From Antedon mediterranea (lineage: Eukaryota > Animalia > Echinodermata), in contig NC_092680.1 of the NCBI RefSeq assembly GCF_964355755.1, positions 13,029,045 through 13,093,044 of the forward strand: a stretch of 64,000 nt of DNA. Direction: 5' to 3'. Under the pieces are notes generated by a model. That model worked only from the letters and a program-made list of their open reading frames with translations, had not been told where the DNA came from and did not search any database. The translations under genes were made by a program, and so were the position numbers. Position 1 is the stretch's first letter; every line of letters begins with the position of its first letter. Positions 1-13,537 of this stretch are shown here, in pieces.

Positions 1-1517
1 TTGCAAGCAACTCCCATACTTTCTATATCAAGGAATTGCGAAGAAACCTGTTTTTCTATGTACGTAAGATTGGTCGCGTTAGACTCACTCCGACACACAG
101 GATGTTTACCAAAAACCATTACTCCAAACGTCCCTTCACATAGAGCCAATTCTCCTTCAGTCCGCAGAATGTTCGGAAATAGACTTGCATTGTCAGCTCC
201 TATCAACAATTCTACCGCACCTGTAGGTCTCTCTATCAGATGCTTTTCCACCTTGAAGATGTCAGCTAACTTCTCAGTGTCTTGAGGGAGTAGTCTGTTT
301 GTAATGCGTGGCATCCCAAATACTTCTATTTTAATATATCCATTATACTTCGTCTTTAGCGGCAATGTATAACTGAATGTCTCGATTTGCTCAGTTTCAC
401 CGCCAAATTTTGTCACGGAGACTGTCAGCGGCTTTCCTTTCAACTTTAGTTTTTCAGCTACGTCTGCCAATATAACGGATGACGTACTGGCCGTATCAAA
501 CATCGCGTTGACTTTGGTTCCCCCTTTCGTTATCACGCTCTTGGCCATTAAGATACACAGCGCGTCAGTGCCGGTACTAGTCTGTTGCGACGTTGCGGTG
601 TTCTGAGTATTTGAAGCTGGCTCTTTTTTCGGTGGAAAATGAATTAACGGGTGATGCTTCCTACTGCATCCATCCTTTCCACAATTTCCCAACTTACATG
701 TTTTCACTTGATGCCCATGTTTGAGGCATCTGAAACAAACTCTTTTCTGTTTGATGACCTCTATTCGTTCTTGCATTGACATGGCCTTAAAACCTTTGCA
801 GTCTTGCGTTTGGTGTTTAGCATTGTCATGTAAGATACAAGCAGCAATATCTGTGGGCTTCTCTGTAAATACCGTGTTGACAATGCTGCGTTGCTGTTTT
901 GGTCTCTGATTAGTTTCGTGTAAGCTAGTCATCATATATTTCAAACTTTTGGCTTCTTCTTCTAGGTAGTCCAAAAGAATCTTCAGTTTACCGTCTTTTT
1001 CTATTTTATCTTTCGATTGAGGATCATGTATTAGTCTGACCCATCTTCTCTTTTGATCGTCGGGTAACCTACTCTCAATTTCACTTATTACTCTGGTATT
1101 GTTCATCTCGTGCTCTATTGCCATCCGCTTCAGATTTCGATGGCATGCTGAAATTAGATCTATGAACTCAACAAATTGTTTCTCTTCTCCTTCCTTTAAA
1201 GGATTTTGCTTCCTGGAGTCCTTTTGTACCGCCTCTTCTTGATCTTTTCTATGTTTATAAAAGAGTAGTCTGATCGCGCTATGAACGTCTATCCGTGGTA
1301 GCATCCATGCGTCTTCTTCCGCTTCTTTGTCAGCCTCAGTCAGATCTAGTATCTTCTCGTGCGCAATTTTTAAATTTTGGAATGACTCGTCCAACTCTTC
1401 ATACAAATCTTTTAACAACTCCGGTGGATGATTTGCGTGTACCGATGTTTTCATCTCCTCTGCCTTTGTTTTAAAGCTCCGTTCTCTCCTCCGTCTGTGC
1501 CTTTTTGCATCCTCCAT
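1..1517 (-). CDS. BEL/Pao LTR retrotransposon gag-protease polyprotein (5' part, runs off the window edge)
   Basis: Minus frame from ATG 1517 (MEDAKRHRRRRERSF...). Contains the BEL-type triple Cys/His knuckle CILHDNAKHQTQDC / CFRCLKHGHQVKTC / CGKDGCSRKHH (~650-840), the protease motif AMFDTAS (~485-506) and VELLIGAD (~193-216), all in one frame. It is absent from the ORF track, consistent with no stop before position 1. Confidence 0.88.
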   Translation of the reverse strand, partial: MEDAKRHRRRRERSFKTKAEEMKTSVHANHPPELLKDLYEELDESFQNLKIAHEKILDLTEADKEAEEDAWMLPRIDVHSAIRLLFYKHRKDQEEAVQKDSRKQNPLKEGEEKQFVEFIDLISACHRNLKRMAIEHEMNNTRVISEIESRLPDDQKRRWVRLIHDPQSKDKIEKDGKLKILLDYLEEEAKSLKYMMTSLHETNQRPKQQRSIVNTVFTEKPTDIAACILHDNAKHQTQDCKGFKAMSMQERIEVIKQKRVCFRCLKHGHQVKTCKLGNCGKDGCSRKHHPLIHFPPKKEPASNTQNTATSQQTSTGTDALCILMAKSVITKGGTKVNAMFDTASTSSVILADVAEKLKLKGKPLTVSVTKFGGETEQIETFSYTLPLKTKYNGYIKIEVFGMPRITNRLLPQDTEKLADIFKVEKHLIERPTGAVELLIGADNASLFPNILRTEGELALCEGTFGVMVFGKHPVCRSESNATNLTYIEKQVSSQFLDIESMGVAC

Positions 1518-1543
1518 CTCTGTGCGTTGACAATCTTGAAAAG

Positions 1544-3491
1544 TGTTCGAATGTTTCGATATTCAAACTGATAAAAACTCGTGAACTCAGATTGACTTGA
1601 ATATGGATTTATTGTGTCCCAACTGATTATCTCAAGTAGGTTGTTCGAACCTATCAATAAAAATACAATACTATACGTAAATCTTAGAACGTTTAAATCT
1701 AAGCTATTGATAATTAAAATTAAAGTTCAGCTCATGATCAAAGTGTATACTTAAACTTACACTTTTCGACATCCAAAACTCAACTCAAATTACTCAACAG
1801 CTTGAACATTGAAATGTTAAATATCACCTAAAAAAAACCACAAGAACGTTTATACATGTTAAATCATTCCGTAATATTATAAGCTCAAAACTAATAAAAG
1901 TAGATCAAATCGAAGTAATAAAATCTCTCCTTATCTTTCTACACTCAGAAACTTCTAACCCCAAAATACCATTAATCAGGGATCAACATTCACGAGCCGA
2001 ACCCTAACCTCAGCACAATAGAAACTCAAAATGATATCATTCCGCGTTATGTACTTGTGTAGAACATTACTAAAATTTTACTCTAAAGCCCCTTTCTCAC
2101 AGATGTGCCTGCAATATACCGGTACAGTGCTGGCGTCGTGCCGGTATCGTTACCGGCATATACCCATTCTCATCGGACTATCGTGCCGGAAATATAACCG
2201 GTATATACCGGCTTTCTGTGAGAAAGGAGTCGGGCATATTCGGCCAATAAAAAGTCTCTGACAAAATAATTATTGAGGGCGTCCTTTATTGTTATTATTT
2301 TTGTCTAGCGATGATATGGCGGCGAATGTTAAGTTACAGATTATTATCTTCCTTTATAGCATATTTATGCAATACATGCTATGTACAGTATATTGTGCAT
2401 ATATTATAAAGGTATAGCAATTAATTTGCCGTCATCGGCAATCTGTAAAACACCTTAGAAGGCTGTAGGCCTACAATTTACAAGGCGACGAAAGGTCAGG
2501 CACCAACAAACAAAGAGCTAATGGCCTAGCCTAGCGGCCTATATAGATTATGCTACAAATTTCTTCTTGTCCCCTTATTTTAAGCAGCTCTCTTATCTCA
2601 TTATCCCTCCAGTTCCACATTATTATTGTTAATTGAATTGAATAGGCGCCAAAGTGATACACTTGACTGCGCAAGGTGTCAAAGCCTCGACGGGGAACCC
2701 CGGAATATAACGGCAATACGTTCTCACAGAATGCCCGTCTGGCATTGCGGGGAATATCCCTAGAATATTACTAGGTCTAAAGCAGGTCATGTCGATGCCG
2801 GCATGGTGCCGGCATGATGCCAAGACGACCCGTTCTCACAGAAAACCATACCGGCATGGTAATGGTATATTCCCGCAATATTCCTGGCACACAACTCTGT
2901 GAGAAAGGGGCTTTACATTAATACACTGATAGAATATAGTTCCAATAATATTATGTTCTTAGGCATCTACAACTAACATGCATTACTAATACATATGCCG
3001 TATCATTCAATCCACAACTTAGTTCAACCATAAGCTATAATGTTGATTAAGTAATTAAACATACTAGTAATTTCCTTTCAAACTTTAAGTTCACTAACTA
3101 GCTACACTGTTACCGTATTTATAGACTATGATTTCGGCATTTAAATCGTTCTAATATAACTAATACTTTTATAATCACGTTTAATACAATAAATAGATTA
3201 ACTCACCGATCGTTTCTTAAAATACTCTTAAACAACGGCGTTAATTTACTCAATTATTTCTCTAAATGTTTTCACGTTTTCTCAGAAAAGTATGCAGTCT
3301 TCTCACGTGTATTACTGTAAAACCACAACTTTGTAGAGGGCGTTAGTTCCTTTCTCTAACGAAACAACTTTTGTAAAATAACCATTAAAGAAGCATCTCT
3401 ATATTGTCTATAGTCGGATACTATAGAGAACATAATAGAACATAAACCCAGTCATATGAATTGTGTGACCTTTGACCCTACGCTTTCAGCA
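1544..3491 (-). mobile_element. Probable 5' LTR of the BEL/Pao element (interrupted by a MITE)
   Basis: On the minus strand, AATAAA (~1608-1613) is followed by ...TTCGAACA just upstream of the gag ATG. Candidate TG start at 3491. The partner LTR is not in the window, so the boundaries are tentative. Confidence 0.4.
2087..2912. mobile_element. Non-autonomous PIF/Harbinger-like TIR element with a Myb/SANT remnant
   Basis: TIRs AGCCCCTTTCTCACAGA ... TCTGTGAGAAAGGGGCT, flanked by TAA/TTA. Internal copies of TTCTCACAGA. Minus-strand fragment MWNWRDNEIRELLKIRGQEEI (~2560-2620). Confidence 0.8.
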
Positions 3492-4377
3492 CTCCATGAA
3501 TTGATATTGTTTTGCCTGCCATAGCTGATCAATTGCGGTTTGCTGCAGCACGTCGCTGAGAGTGAGGCATACATATATTTAATTGTATTTGTCTTGAGGT
3601 ATTGCCTGTTAAAGAATAGCACGGGCTATTCCATTTTACTGTGGGTAATTGCGGTCAAATTTATAATAAATATTGAAAAACTGCAGGTATATACAAACGA
3701 TTTCCTGATTGCTGCCCTCTATATATTTTCCGTGGATTTTTAACTGTATTCAATAGATACTATTTGCTGTATATTGTAGAAACCTACTGTAAAGTTTGTT
3801 TTCTTTTCTCTCTCGTGTTTTCTTTCACATTTCTACTTTTATAAATTACGGTGTATTTTTGTAGTATGATTTAAGGTTTTATTTCAATTGCCGTATACAA
3901 GAAATAACACGAGGTCAAAATATGGAGATATAAATTCAAAATGATCAAGGCAATTTTCCATCGACGGTATAAAAAAGAAAATACCCGGCACGGGTCATAC
4001 TATACTAGATATTTTTTTTAAAGCATAACGTGGCACAGGCGTACATGCATAGGCTATAAAAGTGTTTAAATTTCATATAAATATTATTTTGATGATTTGC
4101 ATCTCTAAGTATGATTATTAAGAAAATCGGTTTTAATTCAATTTAAATTTCATCTTACTCAATGACAGATTCCTCTTTTTAACATGCTCTTTTTATTGCT
4201 CTAATTTTGTTCCAATATAACAAACCTAAAATTAAACATAAACAAAGTCCCAAGTTAAATATGCAATTTTTGTTATTTTTAAAGCGAGTTTGTTTTGTTG
4301 TACTTATTTTAATACATACAATTAAATACTTAAAAGTATTTAATTGTTGTAATAACAGCCAATTTAACGATGACCAC

Positions 4378-6624
4378 CATACTTACCAACCTGAGAGATT
4401 TAAAATGCGTGATCGGACACAAAGTATTTACAGCCCCCACCCCCTCGTGGCGACTTGCGACGGAAACAAATTTAGTTCACTGGCACTCCTGGCCGGAAAT
4501 ATTACTCTCGCACGTAAAATTCATGATGAATGGCACCTCTTGTATTCCGGTACGGCGGTAAACGATGCAAATATTATTAGATTGTATATTACTCTTTTTT
4601 TTGTTATTCAACGTTTTTCATGCTGATTCATGAATTTAATTTATTAAAAAACATTTTTTGGAGGGTAAAAATTGAACTGATCCACCAACCAATAGCAAAA
4701 AAATTGGGTTTACCTTTTTTAAACGCACACAAAATCATGTCATGTGTAATTGTGATCACTAGATGGCACGCTCGCTTCGCTCGCGTACCATCTAGGTCGT
4801 GCCCACAGATGGTTCTCGAATACACAGTATTTCCAGCGAGAAAAAAATGGAGATTTCAAATGTACGTACTGCCGGACTATAATACATTGTCGTTTACAGA
4901 AACGAATAAATATACACAATGATTTATGTAGTCAGCTAAAATTAGCACCCTGGGAATTACTTCCGAGAGAGAAACAAAATGAGTCAATTTTTTTTATTTG
5001 GACTCATTTAAACAAACCCAATTTGTGTTTTGTATGTAACATTAAGGGTTGAGGGATGGGGGAAGAAGATAGGTACAAAGAGGAAACATTTTAAAATATA
5101 TTCTTATCCACTCAGTAACGAAATATTGTTTTTAATGTTTTATAGGCCTATAAATAATATACCACTAAATACAGTAAAACATTTACGATTTAATACGGTA
5201 CTTTGTTAAAACTCTCACTGTCATAGTCGATTGAAATAGTAAAGTACATGTAACGATACACCACTACGACGTTTATATATTTTTAAATTATTAATTAATA
5301 CAAACGTTGAGAAGCAACTGTCAGTAATAACGTTTATTTATTTGTATATTATATGTTTATAATCTAACAGTAGGGCCAACCCACACTCACAGTAATAAAG
5401 TTTATTTGTATATATTTTTATATTACATATAACAGTACCAACACTCACAGTAAGAAATTTGCGATTCAAATTGCGATCAAAAGTGGTTAATACCTTAACA
5501 GTATTGTACAGCATTGCAATACTATTTATGTTTATTCTCCAAGGGGGCCCATAAATCTAAATCTATACCTCTATGGTTAAACCAAATAATTTGGAATGTT
5601 TATTTGTATATTATATGTTTATAATCTAACAGTAGGGCCTACCCACACTCACAGTAATAAAGTTTATTTGTATATATTTTTATATTACATCTAACAGTAC
5701 CAACACTCACAGTAAGAAATTTGCGATTCAAATTGCGATCAAAAGTGGTTAATACCTTAACAGTATTGTACAGCATTGCAATACTATTTATGTTTATTCT
5801 CCAAGGGGGCCCATAAATCTAAATCTATACCTGTATGGTTAAACCAAATAATTTGGAATGTTCCATTCATCACAAATCAATACATTTGTAAAAACGTATA
5901 TTAAATGTATCAAAATAGTATTTTTTAAAGAAAATCGGCCTGTCTTCAACATTATGATGCTCTACTCGAACTGTTCAACCGGTTTTCAGCTATTAAAAAC
6001 AATTATCGTAGGAGGAGATAGGAAAATGCGAAGCCTCCTCGCATTTTTGTGGCGGGTATTTTTCAAGATGGACATCCATTAGACAGTGTATACCACGATC
6101 GGAAAACACCCCTATTTGGGGCAAATCGTTGAACCTAAATTCGTTTTAATCGTCAATAACTAATTATCTAACTTAATTTAATTAGTAAACAGGGTTACAT
6201 CAGGTGGTTAAAATCAGTACCGAAAGTACGAACCAACTTTATATACCATCGAGTAAAAATTCTAGAAGTAAGGCGCGATTTACCGAATTTTGCCCTTACG
6301 TAAATTTATATATAGATGACAAACGTCAAGTGGTTATAGGCCCATCCTCGTCACGGCGAGCGACCACGGACACAGTAATTGTAACTTTCCCTGATATTAC
6401 GTATTTTATTGATGTGTCATGATGTAATCATATAAATAGGCCTACTCGTGTAATGTTCTATACTTTTAAAATATACCAATTAATTTGAATGCATTTTCCT
6501 CTCAAATTGTGTTAAAAAATGATAACGCATCGTATATAGGCCTAATAGGTTTAAACGCGTGTTTCATTAAAATCACTTGAAATGCGGGACCATCCCGAAC
6601 GATGCGAGACGGTTGGTAACTATG
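4378..6624. mobile_element. Non-autonomous TIR DNA transposon with a 6-bp TSD (hosts a Helitron)
   Basis: TIRs CATACTTACCAACC / GGTTGGTAACTATG; TSD GACCAC at 4372-4377 and 6625-6630. Confidence 0.8.
4759..6316 (-). mobile_element. Non-autonomous Helitron, copy 1
   Basis: On the minus strand: 5' TC (after A), 3' hairpin GATGGTACGCGAGCGAAGCGAGCGTGCCATC ending CTAG before T, no TSD. Near-identical inverted copy at 58191-59367. Carries an internal ~260-bp tandem duplication (~5335-5860). Confidence 0.88.
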
Positions 6625-6839
6625 GACCACATAAATAATTTTAAGTAGCCCTACCATTTGTTTGTTGGAATTAATGGTATCTATTAATTACAAAACTATT
6701 GCATATTATGTAATACAAAAAATACGCATACATATATAGCGGATTAATACAATTTACAGCTTGCCCAGCTTGTTTAAATGGACCCGAACTCATGGTGGTT
6801 ACAAAATGGGGATTTGAATTGAATGTTATTTAACTAAAA

Positions 6840-9800
6840 AAAAAACACGCTCTCAGGGAAAAATCACAGAAATTGCATAACTGTACCTTTAAATTTATTT
6901 TTATTGAATGAATTTATTAGTGTTCATCACATAGAACTAAAGTAAAGTCAAACAAGATAAAATCAAGTCTATTTAAGCAATTGAATGCTGTAACTTTAAA
7001 TTTATTTTTATTGAATGAAATTATTAGTGTTCATCACATGGAACTAAAGTAAACTCAAACAAGAAAAATCAGGTCTATTTAAGCAATTGAATGCTGTTTA
7101 ATTAAATAAACACGCTCTCAAGGAAAATCACAGAAATTACGTAACTGTACCTTTAAATTTAATTTTATTGAATTAAATTATTAGTGTTCATCACATAGAA
7201 CTAAAGTAAGCTCAAAAAAGAAAAAACCAGGTCTATTTAAGCAATTGAATGTGGTTTAATTAAAAAACACGCTCTCAAGAAAAATCACATAAATTACGTA
7301 ACTGTACCTTTAAATTTTATTTTATTGAATGAAATTATTAGTGTTCATCACATGGAACTAAAGTAAACTCAAACAAGAAAAAATCAGGTCTATTTAAGCA
7401 ATTGAATGCTGTTTAATTAAATAAACACGCTCTCAAGAAAAATCACATAAATTACGTAACTGTACCTTTAAATTTATTTTTATTGAATGAAATTATTAGT
7501 GTTCATCACATGGAACTAAAGTAAACTCAAACAAAAAAAACCAGGTCTATTTAAGCAATTGAATGCTGTTTAATTAAAAAACACGCTCTCAAGAAAAATC
7601 ACAGAAACTACGTAACTGTACCTTTAAATTTATTTTTATTGAATTAAATTATTAGTGTTCATCACATAGAACTAAAGTAAACTCAAACAAGAAAAAACCA
7701 GGTCTATTTAAGCAATTGAATGCTGTTTAATTAAAAAACACGCTCTCAAGAAAAATCACATAAATTACGTAACTGTACCTTTAAATTTATTTTTATTGAA
7801 TTAAATTATTAGTGTTCATCACATAGAACTAAAGTAAACTCAAAAAAGAAAAAATCAGGTCTATTTAAGCAATTGAATGCTGTTTAATTAAAAAACACGC
7901 TCTCAAGAAAAATCACATAAATTACGTAACTGTACCTTTAAATTTATTTTTATTGAATTAAATTATTAGTGTTCATCACATAGAACTAAAGTAAACTCAA
8001 ACAAGAAAAAACCAGGTCTATTTAAGCAATTGAATGCTGTTTAATTAAAAAACACGCTCTCAAGAAAAATCACATAAATTACGTAACTGTACCTTTAAAT
8101 TTATTTTTATTGAATTAAATTATTAGTGTTCATCACATAGAACTAAAGTAAACTCAAAAAAGAAAAAATCAGGTCTATTTAAGCAATTGAATGCTGTTTA
8201 ATTAAAAAACACGCTCTCAAGAAAAATCACATAAATTACGTAACTGTACCTTTACATTTATTTTTATTGAATTAAATTATTAGTGTTCATCACATAGAAC
8301 TAAAGTAAACTCAAAAAAAGAAAAAAACCAGGTCTATTTAAGCAATTGAATGTGGTTTAATTAAAAAACACGCTCTCAAGAAAAATCACATAAATTACGT
8401 AACTGTACCTTTAAATTTTATTTTATTGAATGAAATTATTAGTGTTCATCACATGGAACTAAAGTAAACTCAAACAAGAAAAAATCAGGTCTATTTAAGC
8501 AATTGAATGCTGTTTAATTAAATAAACACGCTCTCAAGGAAAATCACAGAAATTACGTAACTGTACCTTTAAATTTAATTTTATTGAATGAAATTATTAG
8601 TGTTCATCACATGGAACTAAAGTAAACTTAAAAAGAAAAAATCAGGTCTATTTTAGCAATTGAATGCTGTTTAATTAAAAAACACGCTCTCAAGAAAAAT
8701 CACATAAATTACGTAACTGTACCTTTAAATTTATTTTTATTGAATTAAATTATTAGTGTTCATCACATAGAACTAAAGTAAACTCAAAAAAGAAAAAATC
8801 AGGTCTATTTAAGCAATTGAATGCTGTTTAATTAAAAAACACGCTCTCAAGAAAAATCACATAAATTACGTAACTGTACCTTTATATTTAATTTTATTGA
8901 ATGAAATTATTAGTGTTCATCACATGGAACTAAAGTAAACTTAAAAAGAAAAAATCAGGTCTATTTTAGCAATTGAATGCTGTTTAATTAAAAAACACGC
9001 TCTCAAGAAAAATCACATAAATTACGTAACTGTACCTTTAAATTTATTTTTATTGAATTAAATTATTAGTGTTCATCACATAGAACTAAAGTAAACTCAA
9101 AAAAGAAAAAAATCAGGTCTATTTAAGCAATTGAATGCTGTTTAATTAAAAAACACGCTCTCAAGAAAAATCACATAAATTACGTAACTGTACCTTTAAA
9201 TTTATTTTTATTGAATTAAATTATTAGTGTTCATCACATAGAACTAAAGTAAACTCAAAAAAAGAAAAAACCAGGTCTATTTAAGCAATTGAATGTGGTT
9301 TAATTAAAAAACACGCTCTCAAGAAAAATCACATAAATTACGTAACTGTACCTTTAAATTTTATTTTATTGAATGAAATTATTAGTGTTCATCACATGGA
9401 ACTAAAGTAAACTCAAACAAGAAAAAATCAGGTCTATTTAAGCAATTGAATGCTGTTTAATTAAATAAACACGCTCTCAAGGAAAATCACAGAAATTACG
9501 TAACTGTACCTTTAAATTTAATTTTATTGAATGAAATTATTAGTGTTCATCACATGGAACTAAAGTAAACTTAAAAAGAAAAAATCAGGTCTATTTTAGC
9601 AATTGAATGCTGTTTAATTAAAAAACACGCTCTCAAGAAAAATCACAGAAACTACGTAACTGTACCTTTAAATTTATTTTTATTGAATTAAATTATTAGT
9701 GTTCATCACATAGAACTAAAGTAAACTCAAACAAGAAAAAACCAGGTCTATTTAAGTAATTGAATGCTGTTTAATTAAAAAACACGCTCTCAAGAAAAAT

Positions 9801-11760
9801 CACATAAATTACGTAACTGTACCTTTAAATTTATTTTTATTGAATTAAATTATTAGTGTTCATCACATAGAACTAAAGTAAACTCAAACAAGAAAAAACC
9901 AGGTCTATTCAAGCAATTGAATGCTGTTTAATTAAAAAACACGCTCTCAAGAAAAATCACATAAATTACGTAACTGTACCTTTAAATTTATTTTTATTGA
10001 ATTAAATTATTAGTGTTCATCACATAGAACTAAAGTAAACTCAAAAAATAAAAAATCAGGTCTATTTAAGCAATTGAATGCTGTTTAATTAAAAAACACG
10101 CTCTCAAGAAAAATCACATAAATTACGTAACTGTACCTTTAAATTTATTTTTATTGAATTAAATTATTAGTGTTCATCACATAGAACTAAAGTAAACTCA
10201 AAAAAGAAAAAAACCAGGTCTATTTAAGCAATTGAATGTGGTTTAATTAAAAAACACGCTCTCAAGAAAAATCACATAAATTACGTAACTGTACCTTTAA
10301 ATTTTATTTTATTGAATGAAATTATTAGTGTTCATCACATGGAACTAAAGTAAACTCAAACAAGAAAAAATCAGGTCTATTTAAGCAATTGAATGCTGTT
10401 TAATTAAAAAACACGCTCTCAAGAAAAATCACAGAAACTACGTAACTGTACCTTTAAATTTATTTTTATTGAATTAAATTATTAGTGTTCATCACATAGA
10501 ACTAAAGTAAACTCAAACAAGAAAAAACCAGGTCTATTTAAGCAATTGAATGCTGTTTAATTAAAAAACACGCTCTCTCAAGAAAAATCACATAAATTAC
10601 GTAACTGTACCTTTAAATTTATTTTTATTGAATTAAATTATTAGTGTTCATCACATAGAACTAAAGTAAACTCAAACAAGAAAAAACCAGGTCTATTTAA
10701 GCAATTGAATGCTGTTTAATTAAAAAACACGCTCTCTCAAGAAAAATCACATAAATTACGTAACTGTACCTTTAAATTTATTTTTATTAAATAAAATTAT
10801 TAGTGTTCATCACATGGAACTAAAGTAAACTCAAACAAGAAAAAATCAGGTCTATTTAAGCAATTGAATGCTGTTTAATTAAAAAACACGCTCTCAAGAA
10901 AACTCACAGAAATTACGTAACTGTACCTTTAAATTTAATTTTATTGAATGAAATTATTAGTGTTCATCACATGGAACTAAAGTAAACTTAAACAAGAAAA
11001 AACCAGGTCTATTTAAGCAATTGAATGCTGTTTAATTAAAAAACACGCTCTCAAGAAAAATCACAGAAACTACGTAACTGTACCTTTAAATTTATTTTTA
11101 TTGAATTAAATTATTAGTGTTCATCACATAGAACTAAAGTAAACTCAAAAAAGAAAAAATCAGGTCTATTTAAGCAATTGAATGCTGTTTAATTAAAAAA
11201 CACGCTCTCAAGAAAAATCACATAAATTACGTAACTGTACCTTTAAATTTATTTTTATTGAATTAAATTATTAGTATTCATCACATAGAACTAAAGTAAA
11301 CTCAAAAAAGAAAAAACCAGGTCAATTTAAGCAATTGAATGTGGTTTAATTAAAAAACACGCTCTCAAGAAAAATCCCATAAATTACGTAACTGTACCTT
11401 TAAATTTATTTTTATTAAATGAAATTATTAGTGTTCATCACACGGGACTAAAGTAAACTCAAACAAGAAAAAATCAGGTCTATTTAAGCAATTGAATGCT
11501 GTTTAATTAAATAAACACGCTCTCAAGGAAAATCACAGAAATTACGTAACTGTACCTTTAAATTTAATTTTATTGAATGAAATTATTAGTGTTCATCACA
11601 TAGAACTAAAGTAAACTCAAACAAGAAAAAACCAGGTCTATTTAAGCAATTGAATGCTGTTTAATTAAAAAACACGCTCTCAGGGAAAATCACAGAAATT
11701 ACGTAATTGAATGCAATTATGCAATTGAATGCTGTCTAATTAAACAGCATTCAATTGCTC
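6840..11760. repeat. AT-rich satellite array, ~157-bp monomer, ~31 copies
   Basis: The unit ...CACGCTCTCAAGAAAAATCACATAAATTACGTAACTGTACCTTTAAA...TAGTGTTCATCACATAGAACTAAAG...CAGGTCTATTTAAGCAATTGAATGCTGTTTAATT recurs every 157 bp (e.g. 7739 to 7896). Confidence 0.97.
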
Positions 11761-11937
11761 AAATAAGCTTGATTTTATTAGTGTTCATCACATGGAACCA
11801 AAATATATATAATAATAATTTTTCCTTGATAGTGTGTTATATTAATATTTATAATATGTTAATAAAAGATACTGTACATAAATTGACCCGATTAAATAAT
11901 ACTGTAGAGTAACAGACAAATATACAACATCTTGCAC

Positions 11938-13300
11938 CTTGATATTTTTGTATCTTTGCAAATTTGTTTTCAACAGATGCTGCAGTTTGTTAAGGAGCCA
12001 ACAAGCTATGGAAGACAAAATAATTCAGCTACCATACACTCTAAAAAGAACAAACAAATATTAAATGTCAACCAGGAACTAGATTGAGCACCAAAAAACA
12101 AAAGTATTATATCAGCCACAGTTTCTCTTAATATCATATAAATAAAACTAAACATTCTTATTCACCAGGTTTTATTGTAGGACATTTTGATATTATAAAT
12201 CCATTTACCTGAAAATGTATTTAAATTTCTTGGGTAAAATCACAAGTCCTTACGGCATTATCAACTGCAAGTCCAATCAAGGTCAGGAAAGTGTTTTGGT
12301 ACAGCAGATTTTTATTACCCTATGGTAAAAAGAAAAAAAATCATAAAATATTCTATATAGAAGTCTGCAACATGTATACAAATAACACACCTATGCACTT
12401 GTTCTGACCAGTATGATGATGATATGAATATTAATTATACCATAATTAATTTTTTTTTTTTTTTAAATACAACACGACCAATAATTACTTCACAATCTAT
12501 TTTATAGGTCTAGTAGTAGGTAGTTATAACACTATTTACAGTAAAAGAGATGCTACAATGGTCACATTAATCTTCTATGATATAAATAGATATAGTATCT
12601 AGTACATTAATATTAAAATTTAACTTATATACATTTTTCTTTCAAGAAACAAGTTAAAATAAATATTAATATTGTTAAACTTTTTAGTAATCAGTATTTT
12701 TACTGTTTTTTACATTGTAAAAATGTATTTATAAATTGAAATGTACATGTATAACATTGATTAATAATTGAATGTTAGCTAGCATTTACTTGCTTGCTTC
12801 ATCCAGCCTAGTACTAGTAGTAGTAGTATAGTAGGCTATCTGCTACTACTAGGCCCTAGTAGGGCCAGGCCTATTTTACTATCTAGGCTTACTACTAGCC
12901 TACTGCTACACTCTTCTATTTCTAGCTAGTAGGGCTACACTATAGTATAGGCGTAGCTAGGCCTAGGCTAGGCCCTATAGGCTATATAGATAGATCTAGC
13001 CTCTACTGAGAGGCTATAGGCTTAACATTAATTAACCAGGCCTAGCCTAGCTAGGCTACAAAAGTTAAAAACTACCATGAATGAATTGAAAAGACAGCTT
13101 AGCCTAAACGATCCGCCTAGACTAGGATTCTTCGACGTTAAGTCCTGCCCATCCAAGCTTTCCTCTAGTCTAGTACTAGTAGGCCTACCGCCTAGGCCCA
13201 GGGCTAGCTAGGCACTCACCCGTTCCTCGAAACACACGGCAACAGTTGCTGCTGTCGCGTTCCTCTTCATCACACACATACGAAGAAATACTGTAATCAG
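11938..13300 (-). other. Candidate spliced transcript (lncRNA, 5' UTR exons or 52-aa micropeptide)
   Basis: Exon-like segments 13220-~13300 (donor GTGAGT), 12209-12319 (TAG/GTAAAT) and 11938-12040 (TTTTTAG/GTGCAA). No recognisable protein. Confidence 0.35.
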
Positions 13301-13472
13301 ATTTATATGACGGTTTGCGGGAGTTACAAACACAAAAGTAACGCCACTTGACGCGAAATTACAGTGGAAAACAAATACCCACGAACAAATGGTACAAGCA
13401 ATAACACATTTAAAATGAATGCCTTTTATAATTAGTTACCTAAAGTAACTTTACTCCACTTTTTTTTACATA

Positions 13473-13505
13473 TAATAATAATAATAATAATAATAATAAC
13501 ACCAC

Positions 13506-13535
<30 letters not shown>
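13473..13535. repeat. (TAA)n microsatellite
   Basis: Two runs of TAA/AAT repeats. Confidence 0.95.

Positions 13536-13537
<2 letters not shown>

Noticed and set aside
6840-11760. Functional link between the satellite and the nearby CENPW gene, or a centromere call
   Set aside because: The array is only ~5 kb in gene-containing DNA, and proximity to CENPW has no mechanistic meaning.
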